Assembly (NCBI GenBank): GCA_015056865.1
Contig: SVFM01000002.1
Span: 65,791-129,790 of the forward strand
Source of the DNA: Lachnospiraceae bacterium
GTDB lineage: Bacteria; Bacillota; Clostridia; Lachnospirales; Lachnospiraceae
Direction of reading: 5' to 3'
Length of the DNA: 64,000 bases
A model generated the notes under the pieces. It saw only the letters and a list, made by a program, of their open reading frames with translations, had not been told where the DNA came from and did not search any database. The stretch's first letter is position 1; every line of letters begins with the position of its first letter. Below are positions 16,376-27,266 of the stretch, piece by piece. The translations under genes and the position numbers were made by a program.

Positions 16376-17539
16376 CTATTTTTTCTGCAGGAAATCCGGA
16401 ATCTTCAAGGACTTCTCTTCTACGGAAGAACGGATATCCGCCGGCTTATTGATGCCTGTAAGCGGCTTGGGTGCAGCTGCTGTACCGGAAGGCATAGCCT
16501 GCGGCTTAGGGCTGACCGGCTTGATAGACGGGGTGGGTATATATGTAAATCCACCGCCCAATCTGGTCTGTGCACCGGGCACATTGATCTTGTCCTCCAG
16601 ACCTGTAGCGATCACAGTAATGGTACAAGCATCTGTTCTTGCGCCATCATACATAGCACCGAAGATAATATTCACATCATCTCCTGCCAGTTCCTGTACG
16701 TAGCTTGCAGCATCAGATGCATCTGTCAGGGTAATATCACCGGATACATTGATGATCACATGGGTAGCACCTGTGATCGTAGTCTCCAGAAGAGGACTCT
16801 CCACCGCCATCTTAACAGCTTCCAGAGCCTTGTCGTCTCCCTTGCCGGAACCAATACCAATATGGGCAATACCCTTGTCCTTCATAACCGTCTGCACATC
16901 TGCAAAGTCCAGATTGATCACGGAAGGCACATTGATCAGATCTGTAATACCCTGCACGGCCTGCTGCAGAACTTCATCCGCCTTCTTCAATGCCTCGGGC
17001 ATGGTTGTCCGTCTGTCAACAATTTCAAGCAGCTTATCATTGGGGATAACGATCAGGGTATCCACATGCTCCTTAATCTTCTCAATACCGCTGAGTGCGT
17101 TTACCATACGCGCCTTCGCCTCAAAACGGAAAGGTTTAGTCACAACACCAACAGTCAGAATACCCATATCTTTGGCAATCTTAGCCACTACAGGTGCCGC
17201 ACCGGTACCGGTACCACCACCCATACCGCAGGTAACGAATACCATATCAGCCCCCTGCAATGCAGCCGTAAGCTCCTCAGTGCTTTCCTCAGCAGCCTTC
17301 TCACCGATCTCCGGTCTGGCACCGGCGCCAAGGCCCTTGGTCAGCTTCTCACCAATCTGCAGGAGCTTAGGTGCTTTGCAAAGCTGCAAAGCCTGTTTGT
17401 CGGTGTTCACTCCCACAAATTCCACTCCGTCTATACACTCATCGATCATTCTATTTACAGCATTATTTCCGGCACCGCCAACACCTACAACAATGATTTT
17501 AGCTGCGGATTCTGCTTCGTTTGTCTTTATCTCCAGCAA
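16376..17539 (-). CDS. ftsZ: cell division protein FtsZ
   Basis: [13 protein letters not shown] and [11 protein letters not shown] tubulin motifs. The only start upstream of these motifs is the TTG at 17539, 8 nt after a GGAGG. Confidence 0.97.
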   Translation of the reverse strand: MLEIKTNEAESAAKIIVVGVGGAGNNAVNRMIDECIDGVEFVGVNTDKQALQLCKAPKLLQIGEKLTKGLGAGARPEIGEKAAEESTEELTAALQGADMVFVTCGMGGGTGTGAAPVVAKIAKDMGILTVGVVTKPFRFEAKARMVNALSGIEKIKEHVDTLIVIPNDKLLEIVDRRTTMPEALKKADEVLQQAVQGITDLINVPSVINLDFADVQTVMKDKGIAHIGIGSGKGDDKALEAVKMAVESPLLETTITGATHVIINVSGDITLTDASDAASYVQELAGDDVNIIFGAMYDGARTDACTITVIATGLEDKINVPGAQTRLGGGFTYIPTPSIKPVSPKPQAMPSGTAAAPKPLTGINKPADIRSSVEEKSLKIPDFLQKK

Positions 17540-17623
17540 AGGTATTTCCTCCTTCTTTTTGCTTAAAATTCTGTATAGGCAAGACCAAATGGCCTAGTCC
17601 TCCCCAGATTATCCATATAATCT

Positions 17624-17652
17624 ATCATATAATTATTTTTGCAATTTATCAA
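17624..17652 (-). promoter_or_regulatory. putative sigma-A promoter of ftsZ
   Basis: On the minus strand: TTGATA (17647-17652), a 17-nt spacer, then TATGAT (17624-17629). Confidence 0.45.
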
Positions 17653-17679
17653 CACTTTTTTTATTTTTTTATTGCAACA

Positions 17680-18477
17680 TCACTTGGCCGGTTCGAAGGT
17701 ATAGATTTTTGTATTCTCACTATAGTTTTTGATATCCAGTGTCCCCTTCATCCCTTCCATTTTGGGCATCAGACTCTGGATCAAAATGATTTTTTCATCC
17801 AACATCTCATTGGTTCCGAATGCCACTCTGATGTCTCCCAGAAAAAGAGTCATCTCCCCTTTTCCGTTAAAATAAATTCTTTCTGCTGTCAGATCATACT
17901 TGTCCAAAGACTGAGTGACAGTCAGCACTTCGTAAAAGACTTCCTTATTCTCCACGGGAAGAGGTTGTCCCACCACTACATGATCGAAGGTAAGGCCTGT
18001 GACCTCCGGAATCCCTGCTGTCCTTACCGAAGAGCTTTCCACTATGATTCCGTCTTTATCGAAATACATATATCTTCCCAGATATTCCACATAACCGGCC
18101 AGAGATTTCTCAAATACCGAAATACGAATACTGTCCGGTGCAAGCACCGTCACATCCATGGCAGCAATGAACGGAATATCTGTGATGCTTTTATTTTTGT
18201 ATCGAAAAGACAGGTACAGAGAGTTATCCCCAAACGGTCCCTCCATAACAAAGTCCATTATTTCCTGTTTGGTATAGTGCAGGTTACCATCCACATATAC
18301 CTTTTCTTCTTTAATCTTGTAATGAGTCAGCAGATAATAGATGCCGCCCAGCAGGGAGGCTATCAATAGTAAAACTACCAATAGCCCGGCCCACCTGCCT
18401 TTTTTTCGTCTCTTTTTGTAATTATACACTGTAAATACGCGCTCCCAACTCCCGAAGATCCCGGCAGATATTTTCAT
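17680..18477 (-). CDS. divIB: cell division protein DivIB/FtsQ-like (POTRA)
   Basis: Basic N-terminus, one TM (LLVVLLLIASLLGGIYYLL) and a POTRA-like segment. The start is uncertain: either the ATG at 18477 or the GTG at 18429, which overlaps the murA stop. Confidence 0.7.
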   Translation of the reverse strand: MKISAGIFGSWERVFTVYNYKKRRKKGRWAGLLVVLLLIASLLGGIYYLLTHYKIKEEKVYVDGNLHYTKQEIMDFVMEGPFGDNSLYLSFRYKNKSITDIPFIAAMDVTVLAPDSIRISVFEKSLAGYVEYLGRYMYFDKDGIIVESSSVRTAGIPEVTGLTFDHVVVGQPLPVENKEVFYEVLTVTQSLDKYDLTAERIYFNGKGEMTLFLGDIRVAFGTNEMLDEKIILIQSLMPKMEGMKGTLDIKNYSENTKIYTFEPAK

Positions 18478-19717
18478 ATCCCCGGTCAATATATTTTTTG
18501 CCCTCCACGATCGTCTCACCAGAGGCACCAAGCCCTGCCACTACCAAGGCCGCTCCACCTCGCAGTTCACCGGCCGTTACCCGGGCTCCCCGCAGGCACT
18601 CCTGACCTTCCACGTAGGCTGTTTTATCCTCTTCCACACGGATTTTGGCACCCATGCGTAAAAGCTCCGGTACCACACGGAAACGATCTTCAAAAATCCG
18701 CTCTTCCACAATACTTTTCCCCATCCCCCCTGCAAGGACTGCCAACAAAGGGGACTGTAAATCCGTGGGAAATCCCGGATATACCGCTGTCCTCACACAG
18801 GGCACAGATTTTACGGTATTCGGTGCCTGCACATAAAGCCCGGTCCCTGTACACTGTAGGCCCGCCCCCAAAGCACGGGCAACCTCCAGCACTGCCTTCA
18901 TTTCTTTTACAGGCGCTCTCTCCAAAAACACACTTCCGCCTGCCGCCAGACAGGCAAACAGATAAGTACCCGCCACAATGCGGTCCGCAGGGATCTCAAA
19001 AGCACTTCCCGTCAGTTCTTTTACTCCCTCAATGCGTATGCAGGCAGTTCCTGCTCCCTCTATATGTGCACCGCACACATTCAGGTAGGCACATAGGGCA
19101 ACGATTTCCGGTTCTGCCGCCGCATTGTGGATGACTGTGCACCCATCTGCCAAAACAGCTGCCAGAATAATGTTTTCCGTAGCACCTACACTGGGACAGG
19201 CCAGATGAATCTCCGCTCCCTTCAGGCCCTCTGTACAGGCATAAAGAATGCTGTCCCCACGAGCAAACTTCACATTCATTTTTTCCAGGGCATCAATATG
19301 CAGATTGATGGGACGACTGCCGATCACACATCCGCCCGGCTGTTCCAGGAATATCTGACCGCATCTTCCCAGCATAGCACCCAGAAGTGTCAGGGAAGAA
19401 CGCATTCCGGTCACCGCTTCCCGAGGCATGCTGCCGGAACAGACTCTGTGCGCGTCCACACGCATTTTATCCCCTTCCCACCTGACCACACATCCCAGAC
19501 TGCGCAGCAACATCTGCATCTGCTCTACATCCGCTATGCGGGGACACCCGGAAAACAAATTGCTGCCTTTCGTCAAAATACTTGCTGCCAAAATCGGCAA
19601 CGCCGCATTCTTGGAACCTTGTATCATTACCTGCCCTTGTAAAGGAATTCCACCATGTATATGAATCGCACCCAATTTCCATGCCCCCACTCGCTTATTA
19701 TGTTCTATTCTATGCAA
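18422..19717 (-). CDS. murA: UDP-N-acetylglucosamine 1-carboxyvinyltransferase
   Basis: GSKNAALPILAAS and QPGGCVIGSRPINLH, which contains the catalytic Cys. Confidence 0.9.
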   Translation of the reverse strand: MHRIEHNKRVGAWKLGAIHIHGGIPLQGQVMIQGSKNAALPILAASILTKGSNLFSGCPRIADVEQMQMLLRSLGCVVRWEGDKMRVDAHRVCSGSMPREAVTGMRSSLTLLGAMLGRCGQIFLEQPGGCVIGSRPINLHIDALEKMNVKFARGDSILYACTEGLKGAEIHLACPSVGATENIILAAVLADGCTVIHNAAAEPEIVALCAYLNVCGAHIEGAGTACIRIEGVKELTGSAFEIPADRIVAGTYLFACLAAGGSVFLERAPVKEMKAVLEVARALGAGLQCTGTGLYVQAPNTVKSVPCVRTAVYPGFPTDLQSPLLAVLAGGMGKSIVEERIFEDRFRVVPELLRMGAKIRVEEDKTAYVEGQECLRGARVTAGELRGGAALVVAGLGASGETIVEGKKYIDRGYENICRDLRELGARIYSV

Positions 19718-19747
19718 AGGCAGAAAAAAGGTATCTTGTACTTGATC

Positions 19748-20899
19748 TTACATTTCCTTCAATTGAATCCGTTTTGCCACATTTAAAACCAGCCCGATCT
19801 CGATCAGCAAAAACATGACTGATGAGCCTCCATAGCTGATAAACGGCAACGAAATACCGGTGTTTGGTATAGTATTGGTCACAACCGCTATATTCAGGAT
19901 GACCTGAATGGCAATATGTCCAAGCACTCCCACCACCAACAATGCCCCGAACAGATCCGGTGCATTGTTGGCGATCACCATCAATCTCCAGATCAGCATG
20001 ATAAACATGAGAATAATAGCCACTGCCCCAAAAAGGCCCAACTCTTCACAGATAATCGAGAAGATCATATCATTCTGGGCCTCCGGGATAAAGCCAAGTT
20101 TCTGCATGCTCTGTCCCAGACCCTTACCCCAGATCCCTCCCGAGCCAATGGCGTATAGGGCCTGTAAAGTTTGAAATCCCTTTCCATCCGCGTAGGCCTC
20201 CGGATCCAACCAGGCAAGAATACGTTCTCCACGGAAATCCAATCCATCCCCGTTTGCCATATTCACGATGACAAAGACTACTACCGCCGCTGCTGCAATG
20301 ACGCCCAGGGCCATAATGATAAACTTCTTATAATCCGGACTTGCCACAAAGAGCATCAGTATGGCAATACCCATAATGATAATGGCAGAACTCATATTGC
20401 TGGTGATCTTCCAGACCATGAGCACCACAGGCAGGGGCATAAGAAGCACAAGCAAAAAGCCCTTTGTGGTACGTATCCCCTTTCCCATCTTACAGACTAC
20501 CACAGCCAGAAACAAGATCATACATAGCTTTGCCACCTCTGCCGGCTGAAGCGAGATTCCCGCAATGATCAGCCACCTTTTGGCACCGTTTGCCTCTTTA
20601 CCAAAAGGTATGATCAGCAGAATCAGCACCATAGCCGCCATGTATCCTACCAGTGCAAACTTTTCCCAAAAGCGATACGGGATATTCGCCACTACGATCA
20701 TCATGATCAGGCCCAAAATCGTAGCAAACAGCTGTTTTTGCAGGAAATAAGTGGAACTTCCATACTCCTGCGCCGCCTCGTAGGAACTGGTGGAATAAAT
20801 CATAACCAAACCGAACCCCAGCAAGAAAAGTACGATAAACAGCAAACTGTAGTCGAAGAAATATTCTGATTGTCCTCTTTTTTTCTTTTTCAGCGCCAC
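19748..20899 (-). CDS. ftsW: FtsW/RodA/SpoVE-family (SEDS) peptidoglycan glycosyltransferase
   Basis: 383-aa polytopic protein with ALYAIGSGGIWGKGLG and ISLPFISYGGSS motifs, in the dcw position. Confidence 0.9.
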   Translation of the reverse strand: MALKKKKRGQSEYFFDYSLLFIVLFLLGFGLVMIYSTSSYEAAQEYGSSTYFLQKQLFATILGLIMMIVVANIPYRFWEKFALVGYMAAMVLILLIIPFGKEANGAKRWLIIAGISLQPAEVAKLCMILFLAVVVCKMGKGIRTTKGFLLVLLMPLPVVLMVWKITSNMSSAIIIMGIAILMLFVASPDYKKFIIMALGVIAAAAVVVFVIVNMANGDGLDFRGERILAWLDPEAYADGKGFQTLQALYAIGSGGIWGKGLGQSMQKLGFIPEAQNDMIFSIICEELGLFGAVAIILMFIMLIWRLMVIANNAPDLFGALLVVGVLGHIAIQVILNIAVVTNTIPNTGISLPFISYGGSSVMFLLIEIGLVLNVAKRIQLKEM

Positions 20900-20900
20900 T

Positions 20901-22268
20901 TTAACTCTCCTTCAAACTGTTTACCATCTCTTTAAACATCCTTCCCCGCACCTCATAATTGGGGAACATCCCCCAACTTGCGCAGGCCGGTGACAACAAC
21001 ACCGCCTCTCCGGGCCGGGCTGTCCTGACGCAAATATCAAAAGCCTCTTCAAAGGTATCCGCCATAACAATATCCGTAAATCCGTGGGCTCTGGCACACT
21101 CTGCAATTTTCTCCCGGGTCTGGCCTATGAGCACCAGGCACTTTACCTTTCCTCCAAATGCCTCTATCCACTCATCATATTCGCTGTGCTTATCATATCC
21201 TCCGCCAATCAGCACCGTAGGACGGTCCATGGCCTTGATACCCTGGATCGCCGCATCCGGATTGGTTCCCTTGGAATCATTATAATAGGTCACACCGTTT
21301 TTCACAGCCACAAACTCTATCCTGTGTTCCACCGCACGAAAGGACTTGATCACCTTCAGAATCGTTTCCATAGGCACTTGCACGCCTTCCCCGATGGCAA
21401 TGGCCGCCATAACGTTCTCCACATTACAAATCCCCACCAGGTTCATATCCTTGTGAATATCCAAAAGCTCTGTCACGCCATTCTTATCTGCCCGGCAGAT
21501 CCTATCCCCTTTTAAAAAATATCCCTCCTGCAGCTCTCTTGCAGAAGAAAACCAGACTGTCCTGGCCGGACATCTTTCTCCAAAGGCTCTGGTATATTCA
21601 TTTTCATAATTTAACACGCACAGCTCTGCCTTGGTCTGATTACACGCGATGGCTTCCTTGGCAGCCAGGTAACCTTCCATGGAATGATGTCTGTCCAGAT
21701 GATCCGGCGTCACATTGAGTATAGCGGATACAGTGGGCCGAAAGGTATGAATCGTCTCCAGCTGAAAACTGCTGATTTCCGCAACAGTAACGGATTTTTC
21801 CGTCGTCTGATCCGCCTCCAATGTGTAAGGATTTCCTATATTTCCCACCACAAAGACCTGCTCAAAGTGCGCCTTCATGATCTCTCCCACCAAAGTAGTG
21901 GTTGTGGTCTTTCCATTGGTACCGGTAATGGCAACCACACGGCCCTTTTCAGCCAGATACCCCAGTTCTATCTCTCCAAGAACAGGTATTTTACGTTTCA
22001 TCAGCTTATTTACAAAAGGGGAATCTACAGGCACGCCGGGACTTAGTACCGCAGCTGCGGCCATTGCCAGAATCTCCTCCGGCAGATCGACCGCATAACA
22101 CTCTGCATCTACGTCCTTAGGCAATTTTGCCTTCAGCAGACCGGCCGTCATTTTTTCATTCTCGTCAAACAGGACCGGCAATGCTCCCATCCTGTAAAGC
22201 AGGCTGACTGCACCGATCCCACTGATACCGGAGCCTACCACCAATACTTTTCTTCCTTGTAACATCAT
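20901..22268 (-). CDS. murD: UDP-N-acetylmuramoylalanine--D-glutamate ligase
   Basis: VVGSGISGIG Rossmann N-terminus and ITGTNGKTTTT P-loop. Confidence 0.95.
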   Translation of the reverse strand: MMLQGRKVLVVGSGISGIGAVSLLYRMGALPVLFDENEKMTAGLLKAKLPKDVDAECYAVDLPEEILAMAAAAVLSPGVPVDSPFVNKLMKRKIPVLGEIELGYLAEKGRVVAITGTNGKTTTTTLVGEIMKAHFEQVFVVGNIGNPYTLEADQTTEKSVTVAEISSFQLETIHTFRPTVSAILNVTPDHLDRHHSMEGYLAAKEAIACNQTKAELCVLNYENEYTRAFGERCPARTVWFSSARELQEGYFLKGDRICRADKNGVTELLDIHKDMNLVGICNVENVMAAIAIGEGVQVPMETILKVIKSFRAVEHRIEFVAVKNGVTYYNDSKGTNPDAAIQGIKAMDRPTVLIGGGYDKHSEYDEWIEAFGGKVKCLVLIGQTREKIAECARAHGFTDIVMADTFEEAFDICVRTARPGEAVLLSPACASWGMFPNYEVRGRMFKEMVNSLKES

Positions 22269-22290
22269 GATACACCTCTGTTTTCATTCT

Positions 22291-23253
22291 TTACAACCCT
22301 TTCAGGGCGATGACGCAAAGCAGCGCTGTCACCGCAGAAAACCCTGCTACAATGCCGGGTTCCGTAAAACCGCAAAGCTCAAAATGATGATGCAGCGGAG
22401 CCATGCGCAGGATACGTCTGCCACCGCTGATCCGAAACCAAGTCACCTGCAGTATGACCGAAACAACCTCTACCACATAAATCAGGCAAATAATCGGCAG
22501 AAATGCCTGCAACTGCATCATATAGGCACTGGCCGCCACAAAGCCGCCCAATGCCAGTGACCCTGTATCTCCCATAAAAACACTGGCCGGATGCACATTA
22601 AAGAGCAAAAAACCCATCAAAGCTCCCACCACAGCACAGGTAACCGGCTCAATACCACTTTCGGTATGCAGTGCCACCACTGTAAAAAAACAGGCAATAA
22701 TCACCGTCACGCTGCTGGCCAGCCCATCCAGACCGTCCGTAAAATTGGCACCATTGGCAGTACCGATCACAACAAAAAACAATACCGGCACATTCCAGAA
22801 TCCCAAATCCAGGTAAAACTCCGGTAAAAAAGGAATCTGCATGGCAAGATTCACCTGACCAGTCTGCACCAGATAAATCGCAAAAACAGCTGTTACCACT
22901 GTCTGGCACAGAAACTTCTGCCAGGGATACAGGCCCATTGATCTGTGCAGTACCACTTTGATATAATCATCCAAAAATCCTATCATCCCAAAACCAAGGG
23001 TCAGGAACAATACAGGAATTATCTTAGGGTATTCTCTCACATAAACCAGGGATCCCGTGAGCACGGCAATCAATATGATGATGCCGCCCATAGTTGGGGT
23101 TCCTGTCTTTTTCAGGTGTGTTTTTGGTCCGTCCTCTCTGACGGTCTGCCCTGCCTTTACCTTCCGCAAAAGCGGAATGATCATCGGTCCGATCAGTATA
23201 CTGACCCCAAACGCGATGATACCCGGCATAAGCACCAGAAACAAACTCTCCAT
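22291..23253 (-). CDS. mraY: phospho-N-acetylmuramoyl-pentapeptide transferase
   Basis: KKTGTPTMGG, NGANFTDGLDGLA and MGDTGSLALGG motifs. Confidence 0.96.
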   Translation of the reverse strand: MESLFLVLMPGIIAFGVSILIGPMIIPLLRKVKAGQTVREDGPKTHLKKTGTPTMGGIIILIAVLTGSLVYVREYPKIIPVLFLTLGFGMIGFLDDYIKVVLHRSMGLYPWQKFLCQTVVTAVFAIYLVQTGQVNLAMQIPFLPEFYLDLGFWNVPVLFFVVIGTANGANFTDGLDGLASSVTVIIACFFTVVALHTESGIEPVTCAVVGALMGFLLFNVHPASVFMGDTGSLALGGFVAASAYMMQLQAFLPIICLIYVVEVVSVILQVTWFRISGGRRILRMAPLHHHFELCGFTEPGIVAGFSAVTALLCVIALKGL

Positions 23254-23307
23254 GGAATCCTATCCTTTCTGCTTCTCATGCTGTGGTGCCGGTAGTCGCA
23301 CACACTC

Positions 23308-25059
23308 TTAAATATTATAATCCATAATTCCCAAATAAGGAAGAATATTTTCAAAAAGCTGTCGTATGATCGGTGCTGCGATCACACCGCCGTAATATTG
23401 GCCTTTGGGATGATTGATAATTGCCAGAGCAATTACCTGCGGATCATCTGCCGGCGCAAATCCTACAAAGGACGAAATGTAGACTCCGCTTCCTCTGGGA
23501 AGGGTCTCACTGGTAGCGGTTTTTCCACCGATACGCACTCCCTCAATGGCTGCATTTTTACCTCCGCCTTCGGATACTACCATTTCCAGAATTTCCCTCA
23601 TGGTAGCGGAGGTTTCCTGGGAAACAACACCTCTTTCCACAGGATATTCCAGTTCTTCCACCAAGTTCCCTTCCTTATCGGTTACTTTTACTCCGAAATG
23701 AGGAGTGATCCGATTGCCTCCATTGATAATGGAGGAGGCCGTGGTGATCAACTGGATGGGCGTGATCTGAAAAGACTGGCCAAAAGACATGGTAGCCAGT
23801 TCTACCGATTCTATATTCTCCTTCTTATGCATGATCGTAGCCGCCTCACCGGGCAGATCTACACCTGTTTTTTTCAGAAGTCCAAACTGCTTAAAATAGT
23901 TATAGTAATTGTCAATCCCTATGCGAAGCCCTACTGTTACAAACACCGGGTTACAGGAATTCATGGTAGCATGGATAAAGTCCTGAGAACCGTGGCCGCC
24001 TGCTTTGTGGCACCGGATGCGCCTATTTTCCACAACCACGTAACCCGGACAGTGAAACGTACTGCCGGTGGTAACTGCCCCGCTTTCCAGGCCTGCGGCT
24101 GCAGTAATGATCTTAAAGGTGGAACCGGGCTCATAGGTATCATTGATGCAACCGTTTCTCCACATCTGATTCAAGGCATCCTGCAGCTGTTCCTGGGTCA
24201 TGGTTTCATTCTCTGTTTCATCGGCTATGGTCTGGGACAGTTCATAGGGATTGTTCAGATCGAACTCCGGCACATTTACCATAGCCAATAGTTCTCCATC
24301 CCTGGGATCCATCACAATAATGGATACACTCTCTGCTTCTTTGGTCTCCAGCGCCTGATAGGCCAACTGGGTGGCATAGCTTTGAATATTTACATCCATG
24401 CTCAGATGTAGGTCCAGGCCGTCTATGGGTTCGATACGGCTTTCACCCGCTTCGTCCACTTCCACACCTCTGGCATCTGTCACCGTCAGGATGGTCCCCG
24501 CTTTCCCCGCCAGGTACTCCTCGTATATGACCTCCAAACCAATGATTCCTTGATTGTCAGCACCGGTAAAACCAAGCATCTTGGAACCCAAAGAATCATA
24601 AGGATAATATCTTTTGTAATCTTCGTCTACCTTAACCCCTGCCAGATCATATTCTCTGATCCGGTCCCCCGTCTCCTTGTCCACATTGCTTTTGATCCGC
24701 TCGATGGAGGAATACTTTTCCACACGCTTTCGCACATACTCTTCCGACAAATCAAGTTCTTTCACCAGCACAGAGATCACTTCTTCCGGCTCTTCTATCT
24801 GGTTATGAATAACTGAAACAGTACAAACCGTCCTGTTGTCTGCAATGACTGTACCGTTTATATCCAATATCCTTCCTCTGGCCGCCTTAATACTCCGCTC
24901 TCTTTCGTGCAGCTGGGTGGCCAGCCCAGAATAGTGTTCTGACCGCCAAATCATCAAATATACCAACCTGCCAAAGAGTGCAACCATCAGGACGCTGCAC
25001 AATACAAACACGGTAACAATCTTCTTTCTGATGTATGTTCTGTTGCTTGTGATTAACAT
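23308..25059 (-). CDS. class B penicillin-binding protein (SpoVD/FtsI-like transpeptidase)
   Basis: N-terminal TM, STFK (GSTFKIITAAAG) and SxN (NSCN) motifs, and a KTA variant (GGKTATS) in place of KTG. Confidence 0.9.
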   Translation of the reverse strand: MLITSNRTYIRKKIVTVFVLCSVLMVALFGRLVYLMIWRSEHYSGLATQLHERERSIKAARGRILDINGTVIADNRTVCTVSVIHNQIEEPEEVISVLVKELDLSEEYVRKRVEKYSSIERIKSNVDKETGDRIREYDLAGVKVDEDYKRYYPYDSLGSKMLGFTGADNQGIIGLEVIYEEYLAGKAGTILTVTDARGVEVDEAGESRIEPIDGLDLHLSMDVNIQSYATQLAYQALETKEAESVSIIVMDPRDGELLAMVNVPEFDLNNPYELSQTIADETENETMTQEQLQDALNQMWRNGCINDTYEPGSTFKIITAAAGLESGAVTTGSTFHCPGYVVVENRRIRCHKAGGHGSQDFIHATMNSCNPVFVTVGLRIGIDNYYNYFKQFGLLKKTGVDLPGEAATIMHKKENIESVELATMSFGQSFQITPIQLITTASSIINGGNRITPHFGVKVTDKEGNLVEELEYPVERGVVSQETSATMREILEMVVSEGGGKNAAIEGVRIGGKTATSETLPRGSGVYISSFVGFAPADDPQVIALAIINHPKGQYYGGVIAAPIIRQLFENILPYLGIMDYNI

Positions 25060-25120
25060 AAAAACCTCATAAAAAGGGTATTACTATACTGTATTCCCTT
25101 GTCTATGAGGTTATGTATTT

Positions 25121-27253
25121 CTATTCGGTGATGGCATCCAGACCTCCGCTGATCACATTTCCTGTATCCGGGTCGATCAGTGCCCCCGTATCCGGGTGCA
25201 CATAATATCCATCCTCATTTTTCTCATAGTTCATCCATTCCGGCTGTGTCTGGGGATCCTGCTGAGGATCTGTCGGTGTATCCGGAGTTTCTGTGGGCTC
25301 CTCCGGGTCCCGGGCTCCATATTTCAATGTATTTTCCAGTTCTCTTTGTGCCAGTTCCAGCTCCTCCTCAGGGGATAATTCCTCAGTCATGTATACCTGC
25401 AGATATGGCAGAATTTCTGACAGGATATTTCTGGCAATCTTTTGTGCAAATCTGGAATTGGCCTGTTCCTCTGCATTGGCTCTGTCAACCACCACATATA
25501 TCGCATACTTGGGATCATCTGCCGGTGCATATCCAAGAAAGGACACCACATACTCGTCATTTCCCCTGGGCAAGGTCTGGGCGGTACCGGTCTTACCACC
25601 GATGGCATAGCCTGCGGGCCGTGCAGATTTACCGGTTCCTTCCGTCACCACTGCATTACAGTATTTGATGATCTGTTCCGATGTGGATTCTGAAATAACC
25701 TGCTTCAGAATACGTGGTTCAATATTTTCCACCACCGCGCCGTTTGTGGTCTCTATCCTGCTGACCATGTGAGGCTCATAATAATAACCGCCGTTGATCA
25801 GGGAGCAAAAACCGGTGATCATCTGAATCATGGTCACATTAAAGTTTTGTCCAAAGGAGTTGGTAGCCAGATCGGAGGACCTCATACTCTCATCAAACAA
25901 AAGACCGGCCGTTCTAGCCTCACCCGCCAAATCAATATTGGTTTTCAGGCCAAAATTGTAGGCACCCTGCTGTTCTGAAAACAGTTCTGCTCCCAACTGT
26001 TCTGCAATCTTCATCATAGAGACATTGCAGGATTTGGCAATCGATTGTTTTAAATTCACAACACCATGACCTATACCGCCATTACAGTGAATATTATGAC
26101 CACCCACAGAAAGCACACCTTTACACTCGTACGAAGCGGATGTACTTATTTCACCACTTTCCAGAGCCATGGCAACTGTAAAAGGCTTATAAGTGGATCC
26201 CGGCTCATAGGTGTCCGAAATACAATAATTTCTCCACAACCCATTTAAAACATCATAATAGCTGTCCGATTCTTTCAATGCCGCTATTGCATCTTCCGTA
26301 TAATATGCGGAAAGGTCATAGGGGTTATTCAGGTCAAAATTAGGATAGCTTGCCATACCCAGAATATTGGCAGTATCCACCTCCATAACGATACAAGCTA
26401 CATTGTTGGCGCCATTACCTTCCCGGTAATTGTCCTTATATTCCTCATTGAACTCCAACAAATATTTTTCAATCACACTCTGGACATTTACGTCTATGGT
26501 GCTGACCAAAGAATACCCGTCCACCGCAGGCTTGGTGGTGCGCTCCAGGTTTAGATCGGTGTTCAGATAACCGTACTCTCTGCCGGTGGTCCCGCTTAGA
26601 ACATCGTTGTAATATTCTTCCAAGCCATACATGCCGTTGTTGTCACTGGTGGTAAAGCCGATCACATCACAGGCCAGACTGCCGTTGGGATAGGTACGCT
26701 TATACTCCTCCTCAAACCACACTCCCTTGATCAGCTTCCTCTCTTCATTGGTCTCATCTGTCTTCAATGCTTCAAAGGCTGTCTTGCGCTCCAAAGCCAA
26801 TTCTTTGAGCGGTACATAATAAGCAGAATTGGAATTTTCCTGCACATATCTTCGGATTTCCTTCATATCCAATTCCGGAAAGGCCTTTGCCAGCGCCTGC
26901 ATGGTTGGCTCAAAATAGACTTCTTTAGATGAAATGACCTTGGCATCAATCACAAGATTGTACACTTTCCCGCTGACCGCAAGGCTGATCCCATTGGCGT
27001 CCACGATACTGCCCCGTTTAAAGGGCAGAGTTTTACTGCTGTATTCCTGCTGGGATAACACCTGTTTTTGATACTCCTGCCTGTTTTCCCGGCTGATCAT
27101 CATGATAGACACACTCAAACCCGCAAAAGCCAGCAGTATCAATACAAATAATACTACCAGCTTCTTTTGCATGTAGAGCTTAAATTGAGGCGCAGGCTTT
27201 TGGGATTCCTGCTTCTTTTTGTTTTTTATCTTATCTGTCCTTTTCACTTTCAC
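25121..27253 (-). CDS. class B penicillin-binding protein with a low-complexity C-terminal tail
   Basis: STYK (GSTYKPFT), SCN and KTGT motifs. 710 aa with a Pro/Thr/Asp/Gln-rich C-terminus. Confidence 0.9.
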   Translation of the reverse strand: MKVKRTDKIKNKKKQESQKPAPQFKLYMQKKLVVLFVLILLAFAGLSVSIMMISRENRQEYQKQVLSQQEYSSKTLPFKRGSIVDANGISLAVSGKVYNLVIDAKVISSKEVYFEPTMQALAKAFPELDMKEIRRYVQENSNSAYYVPLKELALERKTAFEALKTDETNEERKLIKGVWFEEEYKRTYPNGSLACDVIGFTTSDNNGMYGLEEYYNDVLSGTTGREYGYLNTDLNLERTTKPAVDGYSLVSTIDVNVQSVIEKYLLEFNEEYKDNYREGNGANNVACIVMEVDTANILGMASYPNFDLNNPYDLSAYYTEDAIAALKESDSYYDVLNGLWRNYCISDTYEPGSTYKPFTVAMALESGEISTSASYECKGVLSVGGHNIHCNGGIGHGVVNLKQSIAKSCNVSMMKIAEQLGAELFSEQQGAYNFGLKTNIDLAGEARTAGLLFDESMRSSDLATNSFGQNFNVTMIQMITGFCSLINGGYYYEPHMVSRIETTNGAVVENIEPRILKQVISESTSEQIIKYCNAVVTEGTGKSARPAGYAIGGKTGTAQTLPRGNDEYVVSFLGYAPADDPKYAIYVVVDRANAEEQANSRFAQKIARNILSEILPYLQVYMTEELSPEEELELAQRELENTLKYGARDPEEPTETPDTPTDPQQDPQTQPEWMNYEKNEDGYYVHPDTGALIDPDTGNVISGGLDAITE

Positions 27254-27266
27254 CTATACACCCACT

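Noticed and set aside
16749-17597. 282-aa and 268-aa plus-strand ORFs antisense to ftsZ. Similar long antisense ORFs occur at 17521-18369, 28042-28707, 30540-31466, 38002-38832, 46157-46933, 51768-52763, 52982-53590, 56603-57397 and 57920-58543.
   Set aside because: Each lies entirely inside a strongly conserved gene on the other strand. They have low-complexity or Ser/Thr/His-rich composition, no RBS and no recognisable family. They are shadow ORFs.
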